Below, piece by piece: positions 1 to 8,049 of a DNA stretch of 29,570 nt. The position numbers and the translations under genes are program-made. The notes below the pieces were generated by a model. That model was not told where the DNA came from. It made no database searches and was given only the letters and a program-made list of their open reading frames with translations. How positions within the stretch are numbered: position 1 is the stretch's first letter; each line of letters opens with the position of its first letter. The DNA is from Candidatus Merdimorpha stercoravium (GTDB lineage Bacteria; Bacteroidota; Bacteroidia; Flavobacteriales; UBA1820), in the NCBI GenBank assembly GCA_018715295.1, contig DVLY01000008.1, positions 1 to 29,570 on the forward strand, written 5' to 3'.

Positions 1-71
1 GGCGGGGCGCTGCGCGCCCTGCCTGCCCGCCCCGCTGCACTCGCCTGCACGCCCAACCTCCCCTCCCAAAG

Positions 72-126
72 TCGTTGCGCACAAAAAAGGGGCGGCCTGC
101 GGCCGCCCCTTTTTTGTGCGCAACGA
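72..126. terminator. Bidirectional intrinsic terminator within a perfect 26-bp inverted repeat (3-nt loop), downstream of sppA
   Basis: TCGTTGCGCACAAAAAAGGGGCGGCC-TGC-GGCCGCCCCTTTTTTGTGCGCAACGA; GC stem flanked by A6/T6 tracts, ending 5 nt from the sppA stop. Confidence 0.85.
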
Positions 127-131
127 TGACC

Positions 132-1904
132 TTACAGACGCACCGCTACCCCGTAAGGCAAACGCGTAAGCACCACCGGCTCACCCGATTCGGATACCTG
201 GCGCACCGTGCGGTACATCCCGTAAAGGTCCTCGCCCACCAGCTCCTTCACTTTCACCTGCGCATCGCTGTTGAGGATCGACAGCACCTGTTCGAGCGAC
301 GAAGCGGAAGTCTTCGGGTATTCCACCACCGAATAATCCACCGCCCCGGCCAAATCGGCCGCCTTGGCAATGGCTTGGTCCAACCCGCCGATCTCGTCCA
401 CCAGCCCGATCTGCAGCGCAGACACCCCGCTCCACACACGGCCCTGCGCAATGGCATCGACCTGGTCCCAGGTCATCCCGCGGCCTTGCGCCACCCGGCC
501 TACGAACTGCGAATAGGTCTGCTCCACGCTGTTCTGAATGATCTTACTCAAGCCCGGGCTTACCGGAGTGAGGATCGTCGGATCGGCCGAATTGGGATAG
601 ATCGACACCTGATCCGTAGTAATCCCGTTGCGCCCGGCCAACTCCTCCACATTGGGGATATAGGCAAACACCCCGATCGACCCCGTGATGGTCGTCGGTT
701 CGGCAAAGATGTAATCCGCTCCGCACGAGATGTAGTATCCCCCCGAAGCCGCATAATCGCCCATCGACACCACCACCGGCTTTTCGCCCTTGAGGTCCTC
801 GACCATCTTCCAGATGTTGTCCGCCGTAATGGACACCCCGCCGGGGGAGTTCACGCGCAGCACCACCGCTTTGACCCGGTCGTCCTCCGCCGCTTTTTCA
901 AAACCCTTGCGCAGGGCCTCTTCGCTGATCTGCGAAACCGTACCCTTTCCGTACACGATGTCTCCCTGGGCATAGATCACTGCCACGCGATCCTCGCCCC
1001 CATGCATACCAAGACGCCCTGTCACATGACGGGCATATTCGGCGTACTTCACGCGATTCTCTCCCCCCAAACTATCCAGATACGCATCGTACTGCTCGGC
1101 ATACAGCAAACTGTCCACCAGTCCGCATTCCAAAGCCCCCGAAGCGGTAAATCCCAAACGCTGCGAAGCCACCCGATCGACCCACTCCCGGTCGTATCCG
1201 CGCGACTGGGCCGCTGCGATCGAAAGCGTATCCCAAATGGTGGAGATCAGCTCCAGGCTCTGCCGGCGGTTCTCGGGACTCATCTTCTCCAGCAGGAACG
1301 GCTCGACCGCACTCTTGAACTTCCCGGTACGGAATACCTGAACCCCTACGCCGTATTTCTGCTCGAAACCCTTGAAGAACATCGAGGTCATCGACATCCC
1401 TTTGAAGTCCACCGTTCCGTTCGGATTGAGGAACACCTTGTCCGCCAAACTCTTGACGATGTAGTCCCCCTGGCTGTACAGGTTGGCATAGGCCGTAACG
1501 TACTTCCCGGAGGCCTTGAATTCGTCCAAAGCCTTGCGGATAGCCACCAGTTGCGCCATCCCCCCGCCGAAGCCTTCCCCGGTGAGCGAGATCCCTCCGA
1601 TGTTATCATCCTGCGCCGCATAAGCGATGGTCTCGGTCATTTCCCGCAGGCTCACCGGCATGGACACGTTCCCGGCCATGGTGGAAAACGAAGTGAAAAT
1701 AGCCATCGGGTCTTCCACCGCCCGGTCCATGATCGGCACGCTCAGGTCGATCACCAACGTGCTCGCGGGTCTGACCACCGGCTCGGGTTGCGAACCCAGA
1801 CTGGCCAAAGCCGAGAAAAACCCGATTATCAGGATAAACGGCAGGATCATCAGCACCACGCCGGCCAGCAGCGCGGCAAAAAACATCTTGAAAAACTGTC
1901 CCAT
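132..1904 (-). CDS. sppA: Signal peptide peptidase SppA, 67-kDa two-domain type (S49)
   Basis: 590 aa; N-terminal membrane anchor; KSAVEP (catalytic Lys region), VVLRVNSPGG, SMGDYAASGGYY (catalytic Ser), TITGSIGV, AQGRVWSG. Confidence 0.95.
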   Translation of the reverse strand: MGQFFKMFFAALLAGVVLMILPFILIIGFFSALASLGSQPEPVVRPASTLVIDLSVPIMDRAVEDPMAIFTSFSTMAGNVSMPVSLREMTETIAYAAQDDNIGGISLTGEGFGGGMAQLVAIRKALDEFKASGKYVTAYANLYSQGDYIVKSLADKVFLNPNGTVDFKGMSMTSMFFKGFEQKYGVGVQVFRTGKFKSAVEPFLLEKMSPENRRQSLELISTIWDTLSIAAAQSRGYDREWVDRVASQRLGFTASGALECGLVDSLLYAEQYDAYLDSLGGENRVKYAEYARHVTGRLGMHGGEDRVAVIYAQGDIVYGKGTVSQISEEALRKGFEKAAEDDRVKAVVLRVNSPGGVSITADNIWKMVEDLKGEKPVVVSMGDYAASGGYYISCGADYIFAEPTTITGSIGVFAYIPNVEELAGRNGITTDQVSIYPNSADPTILTPVSPGLSKIIQNSVEQTYSQFVGRVAQGRGMTWDQVDAIAQGRVWSGVSALQIGLVDEIGGLDQAIAKAADLAGAVDYSVVEYPKTSASSLEQVLSILNSDAQVKVKELVGEDLYGMYRTVRQVSESGEPVVLTRLPYGVAVRL

Positions 1905-1926
1905 ATCTTTCGATTTTTTGTGTTGT

Positions 1927-1934
1927 CAAAACTA
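1927..1934 (-). promoter_or_regulatory. Bacteroidota -7 promoter box for sppA
   Basis: TAGTTTTG on the minus strand matches TAnnTTTG, 22 nt upstream of the ATG; no clear -33 TTTG. Confidence 0.55.
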
Positions 1935-1937
1935 TGC

Positions 1938-1982
1938 AAAAAAGACCCCTTTGCCCGGGATTCCCGCTGCAAAAGGGTCTTT
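1938..1982 (-). terminator. Intrinsic terminator after the M64 peptidase gene
   Basis: AAAGACCCCTTTGC ... GCAAAAGGGTCTTT stem with one mismatch; the A-run at 1938-1943 gives a U tail on the minus strand. Confidence 0.7.
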
Positions 1983-2012
1983 CGACCGTCTCTGGCCTTA
2001 CTCCCACAGGGC

Positions 2013-3482
2013 TTACTGCGGCATTCCGATCAGGATAGGCGGAGCCAGCGGGATGAATTTCTCGCCTGCACCCAGCGCATTCTGGGCAGCAGCGGAGTTG
2101 GCATTGGCCTGTTCGCGGATACGGGCCGCATCGTTGGCTACGAACTCCTCCCAGGAAGGCGTTTCATTGGAGATGGTCTTGATCTTCGTGTAGATGAAGT
2201 ACGCCTGCGGGCCGTTGAAGTAGCGCACATTGTCGTTCATGATGCTGTTCTGCTCGGCACGCCAGATACCCTTGGCATAGGTGCAAGCTCCCTCGAAGAA
2301 GCCCACCTCGGGATACGTTTCGGGGTCTGCCAGGAAAGGCTGCCAGTTGCTCGGTGCCTGATCGGCCACATTGGTGAGCGAGACGTTGAGATACTGTCCG
2401 ATGCCCTGCCAAGCCGCCAGGGTAGCCGCATTGTAACTTCCACTCGAAGAAGGCAGCGTCTCATCGTAATAGATGTACTCGTCGGCAAAACGTCCGAAAC
2501 CGTGTCCGCCCACTTCATGGCGCAGGGTAGCCTCGAAACTCATCGTACCGGGCGAAGTGGACATCGGGCACATCCCGATGCAAGCCCCCGTACCGTACAT
2601 AATGCACGTACCGGCATACCGCTGGTCGTTGATCACCAGGATGATCACCGTCTTGTTGATGATGTTGTTGCGATCGGTAATGGCGCCGCTCACAGGGTTT
2701 CCGTCCTTGTCCAATACGATATCGGCCCCTTCCTTCATCACGGGAACCCGACGGGCGTAATTGAACACCCTCTGATAGTCGCACGAAGTCGACGTGGAAT
2801 TCGACTCCTGCGAAAAAGTAGCGCTGAAAGCCGTATTGCGCACCGTCGAAGCGAAGTTCTGACGGGTCGAACCGTCGTAGCCATACCCGTAGGTAGCCCC
2901 GCGCTGCTTGCTCTCGGCATATACGTAATATATGTTGAAATGGTCGCGGTACGAACGGAACGGCTCGATATCGAAGAATGCCTCGCGCGCACGATCCATC
3001 GCCTGGTCGTAAGCCCCGCCTTCGGTCAGGTCGTCGAGGGTGAAGCCGTCGCCCATGATCACGATGTTCACCGCATTGGACTGACGGTTGATTTCGGCCG
3101 CCTTGTACGACCCTTCCTCGTGGAAATTCAGGTTCGTATTACCTTCCTGGCTCACGTTGACGGCATATTTCCCTTGCGAGGAAGCCACCGTCAGGGTAGC
3201 CGAGCGCGGGTTGCGCGTATCGTTGTCCGCAATAGTCAGCGCCACCGTCCGGCTGCCGGTGCCCGAAGTAACTTCCGGCTTGCACCATTCGGTCGCCCCG
3301 CTGATGGTCCAGGCCACGTTGGACGATATTTTGATTTCCCCCGAAGCGTTTTCCGCCGCTACGGAAAATGTCGTCTGGGATTCGATCTTCAGGAACGGAT
3401 CTTCCCCCCCTTTCGAACAGGATACCACGGCGGCAAAACAAACGAGCATCGCCGCAGCAAAACGAGTCCAATTTTTCATCAT
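2013..3482 (-). CDS. Lipoprotein with an N-terminal BACON domain and an M64 (IgA peptidase family) metallopeptidase domain
   Basis: Lipobox VVSC; BACON-like SSNVAWT...WCKP...N-T-NPRSATLTV...VNVSQ; NIVIMGDGF, YDQAMDRAREAFFDIEPF, HEVGGHGFGRFADEY, GFFEGA...GIWRAEQNSIM, typical of Bacteroidota M64. Confidence 0.85.
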   Translation of the reverse strand: MMKNWTRFAAAMLVCFAAVVSCSKGGEDPFLKIESQTTFSVAAENASGEIKISSNVAWTISGATEWCKPEVTSGTGSRTVALTIADNDTRNPRSATLTVASSQGKYAVNVSQEGNTNLNFHEEGSYKAAEINRQSNAVNIVIMGDGFTLDDLTEGGAYDQAMDRAREAFFDIEPFRSYRDHFNIYYVYAESKQRGATYGYGYDGSTRQNFASTVRNTAFSATFSQESNSTSTSCDYQRVFNYARRVPVMKEGADIVLDKDGNPVSGAITDRNNIINKTVIILVINDQRYAGTCIMYGTGACIGMCPMSTSPGTMSFEATLRHEVGGHGFGRFADEYIYYDETLPSSSGSYNAATLAAWQGIGQYLNVSLTNVADQAPSNWQPFLADPETYPEVGFFEGACTYAKGIWRAEQNSIMNDNVRYFNGPQAYFIYTKIKTISNETPSWEEFVANDAARIREQANANSAAAQNALGAGEKFIPLAPPILIGMPQ

Positions 3483-3516
3483 ATGCTATTTTTTGTGTGT
3501 TCTTCTGCAAGAAATA

Positions 3517-3870
3517 TCACTGGGCCGCCTGGTTGACCACCACTGTTACCTGTCCCAGGAACGAGACGACGACCAACTCTGCCTTCCGAGGCTCCGAGGT
3601 CGTATTCTTTTGCACCGACAGATTCACCGTCCGGCGACCGCTGCCCGTGATTAGATCGGGTTTGCACCACTGAGGAGCGTTGGTTACCGTCCAGGTTACA
3701 TCATTGGACGCATCGACCTTGATCTGTGCCTGCGTATCGTTCGCTCCGAGGTTGATCGTCGTAGAAGATTCGACTCCGAAATACGTTTCCTTGTCCTTGG
3801 AGCAGGAGGAGAACAGTGCCAACAAAGGCAAAAGCAATACCAGAAATGCGATTTTTCTCTTCATGACCAT
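3517..3870 (-). CDS. Small lipoprotein consisting of a single BACON domain (117 aa; start corrected from 3975 to 3870 or 3864)
   Basis: MVMKRKIAFLVLLLPLLALFSSC signal with lipobox; SNDVTWT...WCKP...NTTSEPRKAELVV...VVVNQ; a promoter at 3889-3919 lies inside the longer ORF-track call. Confidence 0.85.
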   Translation of the reverse strand: MVMKRKIAFLVLLLPLLALFSSCSKDKETYFGVESSTTINLGANDTQAQIKVDASNDVTWTVTNAPQWCKPDLITGSGRRTVNLSVQKNTTSEPRKAELVVVSFLGQVTVVVNQAAQ

Positions 3871-3888
3871 TTTTATTGTGCAGTCCGG

Positions 3889-3919
3889 CAAAAGTAGCAG
3901 GAATAATGTTAATTGCAAA
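3889..3919 (-). promoter_or_regulatory. Complete Bacteroidota sigma-A promoter for the BACON / BACON-M64 pair
   Basis: -33 TTTG (3916-3919), 19-nt spacer, -7 TACTTTTG (3889-3896) on the minus strand. Confidence 0.75.
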
Positions 3920-4041
3920 CCATTTCCCCCGATTTCAGCAGAAAAAGCAGAAAAAATCTCCCCTTTTATATGCACACGACGGCCTGCACCACACCGGGAG
4001 CAAGCCGTCGAGACTTTTTCCGTATGATTCCTGATAGAAAA

Positions 4042-4428
4042 TTACAAGCGCTGCTTTTTGGCTTCGATCGACAAGGTCGCATGCGGGACGGCCATCAGGC
4101 GCTCCTTGGAAATGAGCTTGCCCGTTACGCGGCATATCCCGTAGGTCTTGTTTTCGATGCGCACCAACGCATTGCGCAAGTCGCGGATAAACTTCTCCTG
4201 ACGGGCCGCCAACTGGGCATTGGCCTCTTTGGACATCGTCTCCGACCCTTCCTCGAAAGGCTTGAAAGTGGGCGAAGTATCTTCCGTACCGTTTCCCGCA
4301 TGGTTCAGGTACGTCCCCCGGATGATCTCAAGGTCTCTTTCCGCCTTGGCTATCTTTTCGAGAATCAACGCTTTGAACTCCTCCAACTCGGCGTCCGAAT
4401 ACCGTTCTTTTTTTTCGTTCGTCTCCAT
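4042..4428 (-). CDS. TraR/DksA family protein, Bacteroidota type
   Basis: 128 aa; coiled-coil N-terminus; C-terminal ALVRIENKTYGICRVTGKLISKERLMAVPHATLSIEAK; 3 nt downstream of ileS. Confidence 0.88.
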   Translation of the reverse strand: METNEKKERYSDAELEEFKALILEKIAKAERDLEIIRGTYLNHAGNGTEDTSPTFKPFEEGSETMSKEANAQLAARQEKFIRDLRNALVRIENKTYGICRVTGKLISKERLMAVPHATLSIEAKKQRL

Positions 4429-4431
4429 AGC

Positions 4432-7400
4432 CTACACGTGTTTTAGGATGTTAATACCCATTTTCACATCGTCGAACTCCACCGGTTCCATCCCTTCCGA
4501 CCCGTTGTCGAAAGTCAGGCTCTCCGACAAAGTCTCCGAGCAAATATAATCAATATTCTGCTCGATTGCCAATTTTATCTCCTGCGGAGCGTTAATTCGT
4601 ATATCGATCCGATCGCCCACATTCAGTCCGCGCTCCTTGCGCATGTTCTGCACGCGGTTCACCACCTCGCGCGCAATGCCCTCGGCCCGCAAAGCCTCGT
4701 CGATGGTCAAGTCCAATGCCACCGTCAGCCCGCCGTCCGAAGCCACCGCACTGCCTTCCACATCCTGGGTGGAGATTTCCACCTCGTCGCGGTGGACGGT
4801 AAACATCCGGCCGTCGAGCTCGACCTCCCAAGCCCCCTCGGTCTCCAAAGCGGCGATTTCTCCCTGGTTCATCGCCTGGATCCGAGCGGCGACCGCCTTC
4901 ATATCCTTGCCGTAGCGCGGCCCCATCTTCTTGAAGTCGGGCTTGATCTGCTTGACGAACATCGAAGCATCGGAGAGCAAGTCCACCCGTTTGACATTCA
5001 ACTCGGAGAGGATCAACCCCTCTACCGCATGGATCTGCGCTGCAAAACCGTCCGAAAGGCATGGGATCATGATGCGCGAGAGCGGCTGACGCACCCGGAT
5101 CCGGGCACGTTTGCGCAGCGAAAGCCCCATCGAGCAGATCTTCTGCGCCAACTCCATCCGCTCTTCCAGGGCCTTGTCCACCTTCGAAGCGTCGTACGCC
5201 GGAAAATCGGCCAAGTGCACCGACAGGCTACCGTCGCGGCCGGTTACCGCATTGAGGTCGCGGAACAGGCGGTCGGCAAAGAACGGTGCAATCGGACTCA
5301 TGAGCACCGAAAGGGTTTCCAGACACGTGTACAGGGTCTGGTACGCAGAGAGTTTGTCCCGATCGTCCCCCGACTTCCAGTAACGCCGGCGGGAGAGCCG
5401 CACGAACCAGTTCGAGAGGTTTTCCCCCGTGAAATACTGGATGAGCCGTGCTGCCCGCGTGGGTTCGTAATCGTCCAGCGCATCCTGCACCTGCTTGACC
5501 AGCGTATTGAGTTCCGAAAGGATCCAGCGGTCTATTTCCGGACGCTGGCCGTACTCCATGTCCGCCTCCTGGTAAGTAAAACCGTCCAGGTTGGCATACA
5601 GGGCAAAGAACGAGTACGTGTTGTACAGCGTGCCGAAGAACTTGCGGCGCACCTCTTCGATACCCTCCGGATCGAACTTCAGGTTGTCCCACGGCTGGGC
5701 GTTGGAGATCAGGTACCACCGCACCGCATCCGAGCCGTAACGGTCGATCGTCTCAAAAGGATCGACGGCATTGCCCAGGCGTTTAGACATCTTCTGACCG
5801 TTTTTATCCAGCACCAGTCCGTTGGAGATCACGTTGCGGTAGGCCACCGAATCCTTCACCATCGTCGCGATGGCATGCAGGGTGTAGAACCACCCGCGCG
5901 TCTGGTCCACGCCTTCGGCGATAAAGTCGGCCGGAAATCCCTTCCCGGAGTCGATCAGTTCCTTGTTTTCAAACGGATAGTGCCACTGGGCGAAAGGCAT
6001 CGAGCCCGAATCGAACCACACGTCGATCAGGTCGGCTTCGCGGCGCATCGGGCGCCCCGTCTCCGAAACCAACACGATACCGTCGACGATGTGCTTGTGC
6101 AGGTCGAGGTGCTCGTAGTTTTCCTCGCTCATGTCTCCCGGCACGAAATCCGGGTACGGGTCCTCGGCCATCAGTCCCGCACGGATCGACTTGGCGATCT
6201 CCGCCTTCAGTTCGGCTGCCGAACCGATGATCTTTTCCTCCTTCTTGTCCTCCGTGCGCCAGATCGGGAGCGGAATACCCCAGTAGCGCGAACGCGAGAG
6301 GTTCCAGTCGTTGGCTCCGGCCAGCCAGTTGCCGAAACGGCCCGTGCCGGTAGCCGCCGGCTTCCAGTGGATCGTTTCGTTGAGCTCGCTCATCCGCTCG
6401 CGCACCTGCGGGATACGGATAAACCACGAATCGAGCGGATAGTACAGCACCGGTTTGTCCGTACGCCAGCAGTGGGGGTAGGAGTGCGTATGTTTCGCGG
6501 CCGAGAAAGCCTTGTTTTCTTCCTTGAGCTGGATGATGATCTGCACGTCGAGGCTCTTTTCCGGTTCCTGGCCCGGTTCGTAGTAGGCATTTTTGACGTA
6601 CATCCCGGAGTACTTGCCCAACCCCTGGATAAAGCGCCCCTGCAAGTCCACCAGCGGCACCGGGTTGCCGGCCTCGTCCAGCACCAGCATCGGCGGGATG
6701 TCGGCCAGTTTGGCCACCCGCGCGTCGTCCGCGCCGAAGGTCGGGGCGATGTGCACGATACCCGTACCGTCCTCGGTGGTTACGTAGTCGCCCGAGATCA
6801 CCCGGAAAGCCTTTTCCGCATCCCGGTAAGGCAACACCAAGGGCATCAGCTGCTCGTAGTGCGCACCCACGAGGTCCTTGCCCTTCAACTCTCCCTCGAT
6901 CCGGTAAGGGATCTTCTTGTCCTCCGGCTTGTAGGCCTCGAAGTCGGCTTCGCCGGCCGCCTCGAAGAATTTCCCGCCGAAGACCGACGGCAGCAGCACC
7001 TTGGCCAGGATCACATGCTCCGGGACGAAGGTGTATTGGTTGAAGGTGCGTACCAGCACGTAGTCCACCGCATCGTTCACAGCCAGGGCCGTATTGGACG
7101 GAAGGGTCCAGGGCGTAGTGGTCCACGCCAGGAAATACACGTCGCCTTCCTTGCGCCAGGCTTGGGGCAGAGTGTCCTTTACCGCGCGGAACTGTGCCGT
7201 TACCGTCGGGTCGGACACGTCGCGGTAGCACCCCGGCTGGTTCAACTCGTGGCTGGAAAGCCCCGTGCCCGCTTTGGGCGAATACGGCTGGATGGTATAT
7301 CCCTTGTACAGCAATCCTTTGGCATAGATCTGCGCCAGAAGCCACCATACGGTTTCCATGTATTTCGACTTGTAGGTGATGTACGGGTGCTCCATGTCCA

Positions 7401-7833
7401 CCCAGTAACCGATGCGGCGGGTCAGTTCGTTCCACTTGTCCGTGTAGCGCATCACCACCTGGCGGCAATACCGGTTGTAGTCCTCCACCGAGATCTTCTT
7501 GCCGATGTCCTCCTTGGTAATGCCCAGTTCCTTTTCCACACCCAGCTCTACCGGCAGCCCGTGGGTATCCCAGCCGGCCTTGCGCTGCACCTGATAACCG
7601 GACAGGGTCTTGTACCGGCAAAAGATGTCCTTGATCGTGCGGGCCATCACGTGATGGATCCCCGGCATGCCGTTGGCCGAAGGCGGCCCTTCGAAAAAGA
7701 CGAAGGACGGAGCGCCCCGGCGCTGCGAAACGGACTTCTCGAAGATGCCGTTTTGCTCCCAATATTTCAATTCCTCCCCAGCCAATCCGGTGAGGTTCAA
7801 ATCCTTGTACTCTCTGAATTTTTTATTGCCCAT
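4432..7833 (-). CDS. ileS: Isoleucine--tRNA ligase, type 2 (IleRS2)
   Basis: 1133 aa; FFEGPPSANGMPGIHH, GWDTHGLPVE, WTTTPWTLPSN, TGIVHIAPTFGADD, DWNLSRSRYWG, EGVDQTRGWF, KMSKRLGN; long type-2 C-terminus without a C-terminal zinc finger. Confidence 0.98.
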   Translation of the reverse strand: MGNKKFREYKDLNLTGLAGEELKYWEQNGIFEKSVSQRRGAPSFVFFEGPPSANGMPGIHHVMARTIKDIFCRYKTLSGYQVQRKAGWDTHGLPVELGVEKELGITKEDIGKKISVEDYNRYCRQVVMRYTDKWNELTRRIGYWVDMEHPYITYKSKYMETVWWLLAQIYAKGLLYKGYTIQPYSPKAGTGLSSHELNQPGCYRDVSDPTVTAQFRAVKDTLPQAWRKEGDVYFLAWTTTPWTLPSNTALAVNDAVDYVLVRTFNQYTFVPEHVILAKVLLPSVFGGKFFEAAGEADFEAYKPEDKKIPYRIEGELKGKDLVGAHYEQLMPLVLPYRDAEKAFRVISGDYVTTEDGTGIVHIAPTFGADDARVAKLADIPPMLVLDEAGNPVPLVDLQGRFIQGLGKYSGMYVKNAYYEPGQEPEKSLDVQIIIQLKEENKAFSAAKHTHSYPHCWRTDKPVLYYPLDSWFIRIPQVRERMSELNETIHWKPAATGTGRFGNWLAGANDWNLSRSRYWGIPLPIWRTEDKKEEKIIGSAAELKAEIAKSIRAGLMAEDPYPDFVPGDMSEENYEHLDLHKHIVDGIVLVSETGRPMRREADLIDVWFDSGSMPFAQWHYPFENKELIDSGKGFPADFIAEGVDQTRGWFYTLHAIATMVKDSVAYRNVISNGLVLDKNGQKMSKRLGNAVDPFETIDRYGSDAVRWYLISNAQPWDNLKFDPEGIEEVRRKFFGTLYNTYSFFALYANLDGFTYQEADMEYGQRPEIDRWILSELNTLVKQVQDALDDYEPTRAARLIQYFTGENLSNWFVRLSRRRYWKSGDDRDKLSAYQTLYTCLETLSVLMSPIAPFFADRLFRDLNAVTGRDGSLSVHLADFPAYDASKVDKALEERMELAQKICSMGLSLRKRARIRVRQPLSRIMIPCLSDGFAAQIHAVEGLILSELNVKRVDLLSDASMFVKQIKPDFKKMGPRYGKDMKAVAARIQAMNQGEIAALETEGAWEVELDGRMFTVHRDEVEISTQDVEGSAVASDGGLTVALDLTIDEALRAEGIAREVVNRVQNMRKERGLNVGDRIDIRINAPQEIKLAIEQNIDYICSETLSESLTFDNGSEGMEPVEFDDVKMGINILKHV

Positions 7834-7953
7834 AGTTTTCTGCCGGCGGGGAACCGCCTCGCTTGTAAGAATTTGCGAAAATACGCATTTTTCCGGTTTT
7901 TTCCGCCGGCCGCCCTGTCTTTTTGCACATTTGCCGCCGTAACCCGCAAAATA

Positions 7954-7985
7954 TTTGCACGATAAGTTCCCTTTGCCTATCTTTG
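7954..7985 (+). promoter_or_regulatory. Complete Bacteroidota sigma-A promoter for gldE
   Basis: -33 TTTG (7954-7957), 20-nt spacer, -7 TATCTTTG (7978-7985). Confidence 0.75.
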
Positions 7986-8049
7986 CTCCGGATTCCGCAG
8001 AGTCCCCGCCCCCGGCGGAGATTCCATTTATTAACTAAAACCTATCGTT

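Noticed and set aside
1-70. Very GC-rich stretch with a 7-bp GCGGGGC/GCCCCGC pair
   Set aside because: Truncated by the window edge; no second copy in the window to call it a REP-like repeat
75-3536. 1153-aa plus-strand ORF spanning sppA and the M64 gene
   Set aside because: It is codon-aligned antisense to two real genes that share a frame. Stops are absent because TTA/CTA/TCA are rare in this GC-rich codon usage, and the translation is Arg/His-rich with no motifs.
3977-4010. CGACGGC...GCCGTCG hairpin after the dksA-like gene as its terminator or a riboswitch
   Set aside because: Short interrupted stem, no U tract on the coding (minus) strand, and no recognisable aptamer
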